Positions 37,593-45,964 of a stretch of 49,998 bases of DNA are shown here, in pieces. The stretch covers positions 1 to 49,998 of the IMG/VR virus record IMGVR_UViG_3300025816_002083; one strand, 5' to 3'. Below the pieces are notes generated by a model. The model saw nothing but the letters and a program-made list of their open reading frames with translations. It was not told the DNA's origin and searched no databases. A program made the translations under genes and the position numbers. The stretch's first letter is position 1. Each line of letters starts with the position of its first letter. Origin of the DNA: a virus (taxonomy: Duplodnaviria; Caudoviricetes).

Positions 37593-38345
37593 ATGAAAAT
37601 AAGCTCGATAACATCTCTCTATAAATCAGAAAAGTTTATTAAAAATTTTGTAAAACAGTTTGAAGATCAATCTATAGTTAAAGATGTCGAGATAATTATT
37701 ATTGACTGTAACGAGGACGATAAAGATTGTAAGCTTTTAGGCGATTTCATTAATCATCCGAATGTTTACTATGAAAAATTAGACTCAGACCCCGGTGTCT
37801 ACGGAGCTTGGAATAAAGCTTTAGAACATGTTACGACTGATTATATTACTAACAGCAACACTGATGACGTAAAAGCTCCTTGGTATTTTGAGCTTATGTA
37901 TAACTATATGAAGACTCATCCAGAATGTGATGTAGCCTACGGTACTGTTGGAGAAACCCATTATCCTGCTAAACCTTTTTATGAAGATTTCTGCAAAAAA
38001 ACGTGGCAATGTTTAGAAACAAATTTTAGCACTATAATAGTTGAAAACTCACCTCACTGCATGCCTACTTGGAAAAGTTCTTTGCATAAAGAGGTAGGTA
38101 ATTTTGATACAAACTATACTATCAGATCAGATTTTGAGTTTTGGGTCAGATGCTTGACACATAATAAAAGATTTGATAAATTAAATTTTCTAATGGGAAA
38201 TTATTATTTCAATAAAGAAGGGGTAAGTTTGTCAGACTTTGATAAAGTAGGTATGGAAAATGAAAGCATTATAAAAAAATATTATAAAAATCAGCCAGCG
38301 TCTGTCTTTGACTTTTACAACAGTCTAGTTCAAAAAACGTATTAA
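37593..38345 (+). CDS. GT2 glycosyltransferase
   Basis: ITSLYKSEKFI, GVYGAWN, NTDD, SDFEFWVR. Confidence 0.85.
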   Translation: MKISSITSLYKSEKFIKNFVKQFEDQSIVKDVEIIIIDCNEDDKDCKLLGDFINHPNVYYEKLDSDPGVYGAWNKALEHVTTDYITNSNTDDVKAPWYFELMYNYMKTHPECDVAYGTVGETHYPAKPFYEDFCKKTWQCLETNFSTIIVENSPHCMPTWKSSLHKEVGNFDTNYTIRSDFEFWVRCLTHNKRFDKLNFLMGNYYFNKEGVSLSDFDKVGMENESIIKKYYKNQPASVFDFYNSLVQKTY

Positions 38346-38356
38346 AAATCCACACG

Positions 38357-38629
38357 ATGAAAAAATTACATAAAATACCCACTGAGGAAATGGAAGAGTT
38401 AATCAAGAAAACTCTTGATGAATTAAATGATTATAATAGTCAGCTAAATTTTAGTAGTGACGCTGCTAGAAAAGGTATAGCTGCGGTTATAGCTAAAAAA
38501 CTAAAGAAAGATAAATGTGTAGTCTGTGGAACTTTCACCGAGTATGATGAATTCGATCATATTGATAAAAGATATTTTTATGTTGAGGGTAGCGGTCAAC
38601 TGTGTTCTGCTTGTTATATGAGTATGTAA
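38357..38629 (+). CDS. Hypothetical protein with Cys4 zinc finger
   Basis: CVVC...YVEGSGQLCSAC. Confidence 0.65.
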   Translation: MKKLHKIPTEEMEELIKKTLDELNDYNSQLNFSSDAARKGIAAVIAKKLKKDKCVVCGTFTEYDEFDHIDKRYFYVEGSGQLCSACYMSM

Positions 38630-38663
38630 TAACCAAGGTAAAAAAATACAAACTGTTTGAATT

Positions 38664-38840
38664 ATGTTAAAAAAAATAGATTACTTCTTTTTGGTGGCAG
38701 CTTATTTAAGCTTCGTGATAAGTGTGGCTCTTTGGTTTTTGAAAGATCAAGACGCCGGAATGTATGTTGGCTTATGGGTGCCGAGTATACTAACATTATG
38801 GGTTGGGTTGAAACAAATAATTTATAATAGGAAAAAATAA
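38664..38840 (+). CDS. Small membrane protein (58 aa)
   Basis: Below track cutoff; MLKKIDYFFLVAAYLSFVISVALWF...GMYVGLWVPSIL..., two hydrophobic segments. Confidence 0.65.
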   Translation: MLKKIDYFFLVAAYLSFVISVALWFLKDQDAGMYVGLWVPSILTLWVGLKQIIYNRKK

Positions 38841-38842
38841 TT

Positions 38843-38929
38843 ATGTATTTATTTCCAATATTTTGTTTTGGAGTGGTAATCGTAGGAATTGTTTTTCTTG
38901 GAGTAATTGAAGCTACTAAAGAAGATTAA
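38843..38929 (+). CDS. Single-TM micropeptide (28 aa)
   Basis: MYLFPIFCFGVVIVGIVFLGVIEATKED fills the gap before purT exactly. Confidence 0.5.
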   Translation: MYLFPIFCFGVVIVGIVFLGVIEATKED

Positions 38930-38930
38930 T

Positions 38931-40109
38931 ATGAAGATAGGGACACCTCACACAAGAACATCAACCAAAGTAATGTTACTTGGTAGCGGAGAGCTAGGAA
39001 AAGAAGTAGCAATTGAGCTAATTCGACTAGGCGTTGAAGTTCATGCATGTGATAGTTATCCTCATGCGCCAGCTATGCAAGTGGCACAAAACTCCCATGT
39101 GTTCGATATGCTTGATGAACGGTGGCTGAATGAATATATTAACTTAGTTAAACCAGATTACATAGTTCCGGAAGTAGAAGCTATTGCTACACAGGCACTT
39201 ACAGTTGCCGAAAGAGAAGGGGTTACTGTTATTCCAAATGCAAAAACGATTCAATTAACAATGAATCGTGAAGGCATTAGAAAGCTTGCTGCGGAAGAGT
39301 TAAAGCTACCAACCAGTAAATACAAATTTGCATCAACTGAGCAAGAATTTGCTAAAGCCGTTCATGAAATCGGTATGCCGTGTATCGTAAAACCCATCAT
39401 GTCTTCAAGCGGCAAAGGTCAATCTGTAGTTTCATCATTTCCTAAAATTGGTCACCATTGGAAAAAAGCTCAAGAAGAAGGGCGAGCAGGAGGAGGTAAA
39501 GTAATAGTAGAGGAGATAATTGATTTCGATTATGAAATTACTTTATTAACTGTTGTAAATAGTAAAGGAACAATATTTTGTGAACCAATAGGTCATAGGC
39601 AAGTCGATGGAGATTATGTAGAATCTTGGCAACCGTGCGAAATGAATATTACGCAACTTAAAAAAGCAAAAGATATAGCTACTAAAATCACAGATGCTTT
39701 AGACGGTTATGGGGTATTTGGAGTAGAATTGTTTATTAAAGGTGATGAGGTTTACTTTAGTGAAGTGTCTCCAAGACCACACGACACTGGACTTGTTACC
39801 ATCGTTTCTCAGGATCAGTCAGAATTTGAATTACATGCAAAAGCTCTTCTTGGGTTACCTATTAATTCTATTAAGCTAAATACCCCTGCTGCTTCGGTGG
39901 TTATTAAACCATTAGGAGTTAGTGATCAAGTCGAATACGATAATTTGGATGAGGCGCTGGATGAAGACAATGTCAAACTCAGGTTATTCGGCAAACCAAG
40001 TATTAATGGTAAGCGAAGAATGGGGGTTGTTGTAGCGGGAGATGAATTCGTTAATCTAGCTAAACAAAAAGCAAAAAGAGTTGTCAGTAAAATCAAAACA
40101 GTAATGTAA
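38931..40109 (+). CDS. purT: Formate-dependent phosphoribosylglycinamide formyltransferase
   Basis: LLGSGELGKEV, APAMQVA, KPIMSSSGKGQS, EVSPRPHDTG, RLFGKP...RRMGV. Confidence 0.96.
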   Translation: MKIGTPHTRTSTKVMLLGSGELGKEVAIELIRLGVEVHACDSYPHAPAMQVAQNSHVFDMLDERWLNEYINLVKPDYIVPEVEAIATQALTVAEREGVTVIPNAKTIQLTMNREGIRKLAAEELKLPTSKYKFASTEQEFAKAVHEIGMPCIVKPIMSSSGKGQSVVSSFPKIGHHWKKAQEEGRAGGGKVIVEEIIDFDYEITLLTVVNSKGTIFCEPIGHRQVDGDYVESWQPCEMNITQLKKAKDIATKITDALDGYGVFGVELFIKGDEVYFSEVSPRPHDTGLVTIVSQDQSEFELHAKALLGLPINSIKLNTPAASVVIKPLGVSDQVEYDNLDEALDEDNVKLRLFGKPSINGKRRMGVVVAGDEFVNLAKQKAKRVVSKIKTVM

Positions 40110-40198
40110 TATGCATGAAGAATTAATAATCAAATATTTAATACCACTTGTGATAACTTTAATTTTAATTACTATAGCTACCAGCAGAAAATAAAATT

Positions 40199-40462
40199 AT
40201 GAAAGTGATAAGACTCATTGCTAAACCAGATACGTGGTTTAAAGAAGGGACTGAAGTATACGATTATGATGAGTATGGTGTGAGATTTACTTTAGATGAA
40301 TATGAAGAATGGAAAAAGTCAGGAAATATTCTAGCTCGTGGTATTAGAGTATGTAAAAATCCATTATCGGAAGGCACAGAACATACCCCCAAGGTTTTAG
40401 GAGAGGAGTATATTGATGGTGAATTATGTGATATAGATGAATTTGAGGTTGATGTAATATAA
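40199..40462 (+). CDS. Hypothetical protein
   Basis: 87-aa co-oriented ORF with A-rich leader. Confidence 0.6.
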   Translation: MKVIRLIAKPDTWFKEGTEVYDYDEYGVRFTLDEYEEWKKSGNILARGIRVCKNPLSEGTEHTPKVLGEEYIDGELCDIDEFEVDVI

Positions 40463-40491
40463 AAGATAATTGAATATGAAAATAAAAAATT

Positions 40492-40734
40492 ATGACATAT
40501 AGGGAAGTTATTAGAAAAATGATGCATCGAGGAATGCTTTGCCCTACAGTAGACGATGAAAGAGGTTTATTCTGGGTTGGTTTTAATGAGTTGGAGTTGC
40601 TGGAAAAGGAATTTGACTTAAAGTACTTGGAAGAAACAGAAGAGCCTAAAGAAAAGAAAGAGTTCTTTATAGATAGACAAGGAAGGAAGCAGCCGGTTCC
40701 ATCCAATCCTTTAAAATTTACAAAAAAAGATTAA
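40492..40734 (+). CDS. Hypothetical protein
   Basis: 80-aa ORF abutting purC. Confidence 0.6.
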   Translation: MTYREVIRKMMHRGMLCPTVDDERGLFWVGFNELELLEKEFDLKYLEETEEPKEKKEFFIDRQGRKQPVPSNPLKFTKKD

Positions 40735-40736
40735 TT

Positions 40737-41624
40737 ATGGGCAAAGGCGACAAACCAAGAAACTGTTTTTCAACAGTATTTAAAAACAATTACGATGATA
40801 TTAATTGGGGAGTAAGTGAAAACAAACCTACTCTAATTAAATCAGGAAAAGTTAGAGAGATTTACCATGGGGTTGATGATAAAACTCTTGAAATATTTAC
40901 TACAGATCGCGTTTCTGCATTCGATCATATTCTAAACCAAACAATACCCGGTAAAGGGGAGATATTAAATGAAATGTCTTGTAAATGGTTTGATATGACT
41001 GGTGACATTGTAGATAATCATATAATAGAAAAATACAAGAGCCTTGTGACAGTGAAAAACGCGAAACCTCTTCCAGTTGAATGTATTGTAAGAGGTTACC
41101 TTTCTGGTTCTGGTTGGCTAGAGTATAAAGAAAAACAGACAGTCTGCGGAATACCTTTACCATCTGGTTTAAAAGAATCAAGCAAACTCCCAGAACCTAT
41201 ATTTACGCCTTCGACTAAATCAGATGAGCATGATGAAAATATTTCATTCGAGGAGGTGGTTCAAATCCTTGGCTCCGAAGCAGCTAATAAAATTAAAAAA
41301 TACAGCCTCGAGATATACAAGAAAGCGTACAAGTATGCTTACGATAAAGGTATTATTATTGCTGATACTAAATTTGAATTTGGCATTTATAACAATAGAA
41401 TTATTCTAATTGATGAACTACTAACTCCAGATTCATCTAGGTTTTGGGGTAAAGGGGTTTACAAAGAGGGTCAAAGCCAACCAAGTTACGATAAACAAAT
41501 CATCAGAGATTATCTTTTGCAAATTGGTTGGGATAAAAATCCTCCTATTCCTGATTTACCTCAAGGAATAATAGACAAAACTAGCAGGAAGTACCAAGAG
41601 GTTTATAATAGACTGTTTGGATGA
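40737..41624 (+). CDS. purC: SAICAR synthase with extra N-terminal peptide
   Basis: SGKVREIY, TDRVSAFD, ECIVRGYLSGSGW, FTPSTK, ADTKFEFG, DELLTPDSSRFW. Confidence 0.96.
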   Translation: MGKGDKPRNCFSTVFKNNYDDINWGVSENKPTLIKSGKVREIYHGVDDKTLEIFTTDRVSAFDHILNQTIPGKGEILNEMSCKWFDMTGDIVDNHIIEKYKSLVTVKNAKPLPVECIVRGYLSGSGWLEYKEKQTVCGIPLPSGLKESSKLPEPIFTPSTKSDEHDENISFEEVVQILGSEAANKIKKYSLEIYKKAYKYAYDKGIIIADTKFEFGIYNNRIILIDELLTPDSSRFWGKGVYKEGQSQPSYDKQIIRDYLLQIGWDKNPPIPDLPQGIIDKTSRKYQEVYNRLFG

Positions 41625-42934
41625 AAAATATGTGTAAATTTATTAAAAGGCTATTTATGAAATTATCAGGAACCAAAACCACGACAGAAGAAATCTCTGT
41701 AGACGCATCAAATCTCCAAAACGAACTTCAGCTTCAAATAAATGATTTATCTAAACAGATAACCGAGCTAGAAAATAAAAAACCAGAAACTAACACCAGC
41801 TTAATCTCAGCTATATCGGATTCATTAGCCAGTCAAGAAACACGTATAAGTGAGCTACAGTCTAAATTCCTTACATGGAAAAATCATATAGATGATTCTG
41901 ATTCTTCAGGCCCCGTCATTGAGCCATCTAAATTTGAATTTGTTTTAGAGGTAGATGCGGACGGTCATTATTCAGATGAGTCTTGGGAGGAGATAATTAA
42001 AAAAGGTCAAGAGCTGCAATACGCTTATTATAAAGCTGCGGAAGATAAGTATAGTAAAATTTGGCCGTTATTCCCCGGTTGGCATGGTTCAGCCATGGCT
42101 CCAGTTATAAAAATCATTTGTGAAGAACCTGAGTATCATTTTAAAGACACTAAAAGACTTCCCGGCAGATTTTGCCTATCCTCAAATAGAAGATGGTCTT
42201 CGGTTTTAAGATTCTATGGAGATGGGCAGAAGGTTCTCAAGGATACAATAGCCTATGGGACCGCTACAAATGCTCCTGTAGGGCTTTATGTAGAAGGGAA
42301 GACTAAAGTACAGACAAGTCAAGGAGAGATGCTTATGAAGCCATTTGAGCAGACTATTGAGGATGTTATTCTTTGCGCTCATAATGGAGTGTTACCTATA
42401 TATTTATCTATGAACCAAGATAGGTTTTGTATTAGAGGAGCAAAAATCCTTCAGCATCAAGGTGCGCTAATAGGAATTAAACATGGACCTATTATAAATG
42501 AAACTAATTACCCTTTCCCAGCGATTCAAGACACTGAAGGTAATAATGTTTATCTTGCAGACCCTCGTTTTGAAAATCTCCAAATGGAAGGCCCTCATAA
42601 CAATAAACGTCCTCAAGCAGCTATGCTTTTAAGCGGGAACAATATTATTATTTCTAATTTGAATCTGTACGGCTGGATGCAGGGACCATATATGCATGGT
42701 GGTCAAAATCGTTTAATTAATGGCTTGACTCAGCACTGGGGTAACACACATGATGGCCGAATGTACTGCTCAAGAGATGAAATTGTATCTTACACAGTCA
42801 GTTACAGATCTAACACAAAAGACTCTGATTGTTTTTCTGGTATCGCTGGTAATTTTAAACAGTGGTATTTACCTAAAAGAAGTAAAGTTCCATCTAAAGG
42901 TGGTTGGCACAACGCTGGAGAAAGCACACTGTAA
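41621..42934 (+). CDS. Hypothetical protein: N-terminal coiled coil plus possible beta-helix domain
   Basis: Heptad LQNELQLQINDLSKQITELE; G/N-rich beta-type C-terminus. Confidence 0.55.
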   Translation: MKNMCKFIKRLFMKLSGTKTTTEEISVDASNLQNELQLQINDLSKQITELENKKPETNTSLISAISDSLASQETRISELQSKFLTWKNHIDDSDSSGPVIEPSKFEFVLEVDADGHYSDESWEEIIKKGQELQYAYYKAAEDKYSKIWPLFPGWHGSAMAPVIKIICEEPEYHFKDTKRLPGRFCLSSNRRWSSVLRFYGDGQKVLKDTIAYGTATNAPVGLYVEGKTKVQTSQGEMLMKPFEQTIEDVILCAHNGVLPIYLSMNQDRFCIRGAKILQHQGALIGIKHGPIINETNYPFPAIQDTEGNNVYLADPRFENLQMEGPHNNKRPQAAMLLSGNNIIISNLNLYGWMQGPYMHGGQNRLINGLTQHWGNTHDGRMYCSRDEIVSYTVSYRSNTKDSDCFSGIAGNFKQWYLPKRSKVPSKGGWHNAGESTL

Positions 42935-42955
42935 ATAAAAAATATAACAATATAA

Positions 42956-43924
42956 ATGAGCTCTCTTATATTCTCTGGTCGCTCGAACCCTGAGTTGACT
43001 AAAAATATTTCTAAAATCCTCAAATGTAAAGAGGAGGTTGAGGTAGATGGAGTTGTTAGTATAACTAATTTTCCTAGCGGTGAAATTTATTGTCAGTATG
43101 GTAATAATATAAGAGGGAAAGATGTCTTTATTGTTCAGTCTACAAATAATCCAAACGAAGACTGGATGGAGTTATTACTTTTAATTCAGAGCGCGAGACT
43201 AGCGTCTGCAAACAAAATAACAGTAGTAATTCCTTACTTTAGTTATACAAGGCAGGATAGGAAATCTCAACCTCGTTCTCCTATTAGTGCTAGACTTGTT
43301 TTAGATTTATTGGAAAAAGCTGGCGCTACTAGAATAATAACATTAGACCTGCATAATATATCGATTCAGGGGTTCTCATCAGTCCCTTTAGATTCTTTAT
43401 TACCTTGCAATCTATTGATAAATTATTTTAGGAAACATTTGTTTAAAAATGCTGATTTAAAAGATTGGTTGCTTATGTCGCCTGATGTAGGGGGTATCAA
43501 AAAAGTAGAGAAGTATTCTGAATTTATGAATATTGATTTCGGTATTGTTCATAAGAAAAGAATTGATGCTGAAAAGGTTGAGCAAAAAGTAATTTTAGGA
43601 GAAGTGGAAGGAAAAAATATTTTACTTATCGATGATATGACAGAGAGTCTAGGAACTTTATCCGGCGCTGCAGAGCTGCTAAAAAAAGAAGGTGCTAAAC
43701 AGGTTATAGCTTTTGTAACGCATATGCCATTGACATCTAAGGGCAAGTCTAATCTTAAAAAAGAAAAATTCATCGATCAAATATTAACTACGAATAGCAC
43801 TTCTAATATACCTAATCATAAAAAAATAAAAATTATTAATATTGCTCCTATGCTATCTGATGCTATCAGCCGGACAATGAATAATAAAAGTATTAGTTCT
43901 CTTTTTGATATTAAAGGATTTTGA
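42956..43924 (+). CDS. prs: Ribose-phosphate pyrophosphokinase
   Basis: FPSGE, PYFSYTRQDRK, DLH, SPDVGG, LIDDMTESLGTL. Confidence 0.95.
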   Translation: MSSLIFSGRSNPELTKNISKILKCKEEVEVDGVVSITNFPSGEIYCQYGNNIRGKDVFIVQSTNNPNEDWMELLLLIQSARLASANKITVVIPYFSYTRQDRKSQPRSPISARLVLDLLEKAGATRIITLDLHNISIQGFSSVPLDSLLPCNLLINYFRKHLFKNADLKDWLLMSPDVGGIKKVEKYSEFMNIDFGIVHKKRIDAEKVEQKVILGEVEGKNILLIDDMTESLGTLSGAAELLKKEGAKQVIAFVTHMPLTSKGKSNLKKEKFIDQILTTNSTSNIPNHKKIKIINIAPMLSDAISRTMNNKSISSLFDIKGF

Positions 43925-44142
43925 GTATGAAAAAAGTTAAATTTAATGTTGAGCTAACTGCGCCGAATAACGCATTAAAATTTAAACTTAAACGGCGAAG
44001 TATGAGTTATCCCGATATTATCGGTGGAGATTTTTATGAAGAGTTATCTAAAAAAGAAAAAGATCTGTTTGAGCTGATTGATTTTGTCGATTTGTTGAAA
44101 AGTGCTAAATCTAAGAAGATTAGTAAAATAGATATAAAATAA
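43921..44142 (+). CDS. Hypothetical protein
   Basis: About 71-73 aa, overlapping the prs stop. Confidence 0.55.
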   Translation: MSMKKVKFNVELTAPNNALKFKLKRRSMSYPDIIGGDFYEELSKKEKDLFELIDFVDLLKSAKSKKISKIDIK

Positions 44143-44143
44143 T

Positions 44144-44254
44144 ATGTTACACGATGATAGGTTTACTATTCAGCGTATTACAGGTGAGATTATTCTTACT
44201 TTTTTAGCGGTATATACTTTGTATTTAATAATAACTAAATATGGGATAGTTTAG
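44144..44254 (+). CDS. Single-TM micropeptide (36 aa)
   Basis: MLHDDRFTIQRITGEIILTFLAVYTLYLIITKYGIV; starts 2 nt after previous stop. Confidence 0.45.
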   Translation: MLHDDRFTIQRITGEIILTFLAVYTLYLIITKYGIV

Positions 44255-44263
44255 TTCAGTAAA

Positions 44264-44443
44264 AATTTAATTAATGAAATGCAATAATTCAAGACCTCAT
44301 ACCATTCAGTTGGTGTTCACCGCGTCATTATAGCATTGATAATTAATAAAAAGCAGCTTGTTTAGTAATTCACAGATTCATATCATTCAGTTGGTATTCA
44401 ACATATCATCATTAAGCAAGCTGCCATCAATTTAAATAATGTG
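44264..44443 (+). repeat. Left copy of about 180-bp direct repeat (right copy 45598-45782)
   Basis: Near-identical except in the 5-nt variable segments, one linker and a few wobble positions. Confidence 0.9.
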
Positions 44444-44513
44444 TGCGGGTAGTAATTCATTTTCTCATACCATTCAGTTGGTATTCACAGGGTCATCATT
44501 GCTCGCATACATT
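44267..44513 (+). ncRNA. Upstream stem-loop guide-like array, 3 units (44267-44346, 44353-44424, 44438-44513)
   Basis: Each unit is an outer stem around ATTCA-N5-TC-ATACCA-TTCAGT-TGGTAT-TCA-N5-TCAT; G-U pairs define the + strand. Confidence 0.85.
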
Positions 44514-44529
44514 TTCAAAAAAAACATAT

Positions 44530-45621
44530 ATGAAAAACATATTAAATAATCGGGTTGTAAAAAAATACAACATTAAACAGATAGTAACTATCGATTTAGG
44601 TAAAAACATGGCTTTTTACTATGATCCAAATAAAAGTGATGAAACTTTTAAAATCACTCAACAAGAGCTATTGGATTTACCTAATAAATATGAGAATACT
44701 TTATTTGTTTCTGAGGGTGCTCATATGGACAGACCAAAGACAATGAAATCACATGCACAAGCCTTCAAAAAGCATGAACTAAACCTCTTTAAAGATAACT
44801 GCAAAAATAATAATAATTTACTAAGATTATTTCCCGAAATGATGTCTTTTCAGACAAGGCAAGAAGGAGAAGAAAAGTCTGATGAGCTAGATCCTATTCA
44901 CCTCTATAGATATTTAGAAGAAAACCCTAATTTTATTGATGTGCTAAAGAATCCTAGCTCAAACTATAACGCAGATCCAAAGAGACGGGAGGGATGGAGC
45001 ATTAAAGATAACATGAACACTGCGCTAAACTATGCTAGACGAACCAAGTATGGTAAAGATGATTACTGGTTAATTAGAGAATGGTTAGAAAATAACATCG
45101 AGGAAATTAATAAAAATATAGATGACACAACAAAAAAAGTGTTTGAAGTATCTTACTATAAGAAAGGCAATGTTAAAAAAAGTATACAGCAAGGAGACGT
45201 TAATGTAAATGCTTTGAATAATGGTATTTACTCCATAATTATGTCTTTATTCGAATTTTCAATTGACGAGAATATGGATGTCGAACACAATTTTAGGAAA
45301 AGAGAAGAAACCGGCGATTTACCGGGATGGGGTTTTCTTGAAAAATACGTATACCATTTTTCTCCGTTTCATTTGAAAGGCGGTATAGCAAGAAGTAATT
45401 TAAAATTTCATAATTATAAAACTTACCTAGCTAAAAGAGCAGTTGACTTCGGGTACAAAATGGAAAAAAAGAAGTTAAATGGCAAAGCGAAAAACCAATT
45501 TAACCCACAAGAAGAGAGTTTTTTTAAACAGGCTCAAAAAGAACATAAAAATGCTTGCAAGCAAATGTTTTATGCTGTAAAAAAAGCGGTAAGAAATAAT
45601 TTAATTAATGAAATGCAATAA
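44530..45621 (+). CDS. IS110/TasR-like DEDD RuvC-fold protein (363 aa), candidate RNA-guided effector
   Basis: VTIDLGK (D22), FVSEG (E62), KSDELDP (D118/D121); C-terminal FLEKYVYHFSP...KGGIARSNL resembles the IS110/Nop C-domain; ATG 44530 follows the array. Confidence 0.7.
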   Translation: MKNILNNRVVKKYNIKQIVTIDLGKNMAFYYDPNKSDETFKITQQELLDLPNKYENTLFVSEGAHMDRPKTMKSHAQAFKKHELNLFKDNCKNNNNLLRLFPEMMSFQTRQEGEEKSDELDPIHLYRYLEENPNFIDVLKNPSSNYNADPKRREGWSIKDNMNTALNYARRTKYGKDDYWLIREWLENNIEEINKNIDDTTKKVFEVSYYKKGNVKKSIQQGDVNVNALNNGIYSIIMSLFEFSIDENMDVEHNFRKREETGDLPGWGFLEKYVYHFSPFHLKGGIARSNLKFHNYKTYLAKRAVDFGYKMEKKKLNGKAKNQFNPQEESFFKQAQKEHKNACKQMFYAVKKAVRNNLINEMQ

Positions 45622-45954
45622 TTCAGGAACTCATACCATTCAGTTGGTATTCAAGATGTCATTATAGCATTGATAATTAATAAAGCAAAACGCAGCTTGT
45701 TTAGTGATTCATACCCTCATACCATTCAGTTGGTATTCATATTGTCATCATTAAGCAAGCTGCCATCAATTTAAATAATGTGCCCGCATGGTAATTCAGC
45801 ATCTCATACCATTCAGTTGGTGTTCAACAGGTCATCATCTTGCGGGTACGTTATTACTTTAGCAAAAATTTAAATAATGTGTGCGAGTAGTAATTCATAT
45901 TCTCATACCATTCAGTTGGTATTCATCGTGTCATCATTGCTCGCACACGTTATT
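45601..45954 (+). ncRNA. Downstream stem-loop guide-like array, 4 units (45601-45680, 45692-45763, 45774-45855, 45873-45954)
   Basis: Same invariant core with different 5-nt segments; outer stems differ in sequence but keep pairing. Confidence 0.85.
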
Positions 45955-45964
45955 ACTTTAAAAA

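Noticed and set aside
44443-44529. GTG start and 29-aa N-terminal extension of the RuvC protein
   Set aside because: It is a read-through of array unit 3; ATG 44530 after an A-rich leader is more plausible
44530-45621. Ordinary IS110 transposase or TnpB
   Set aside because: No SG serine motif, no TnpB zinc finger, RuvC motifs are N-terminal, and there are multiple single-loop RNAs rather than one bridge/omega RNA; not fully excluded
44267-45954. CRISPR array
   Set aside because: Variable parts are only 5 nt and paired within each unit, inter-core sequences are self-complementary stems reused between units, and there are no cas1/cas2 or effector cas genes
44267-45954. Box C/D RNAs on the minus strand (TGATGA, CTGA visible)
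   Set aside because: Stem wobble pairs work only as G-U on the + strand; minus-strand folding would carry many A-C mismatches
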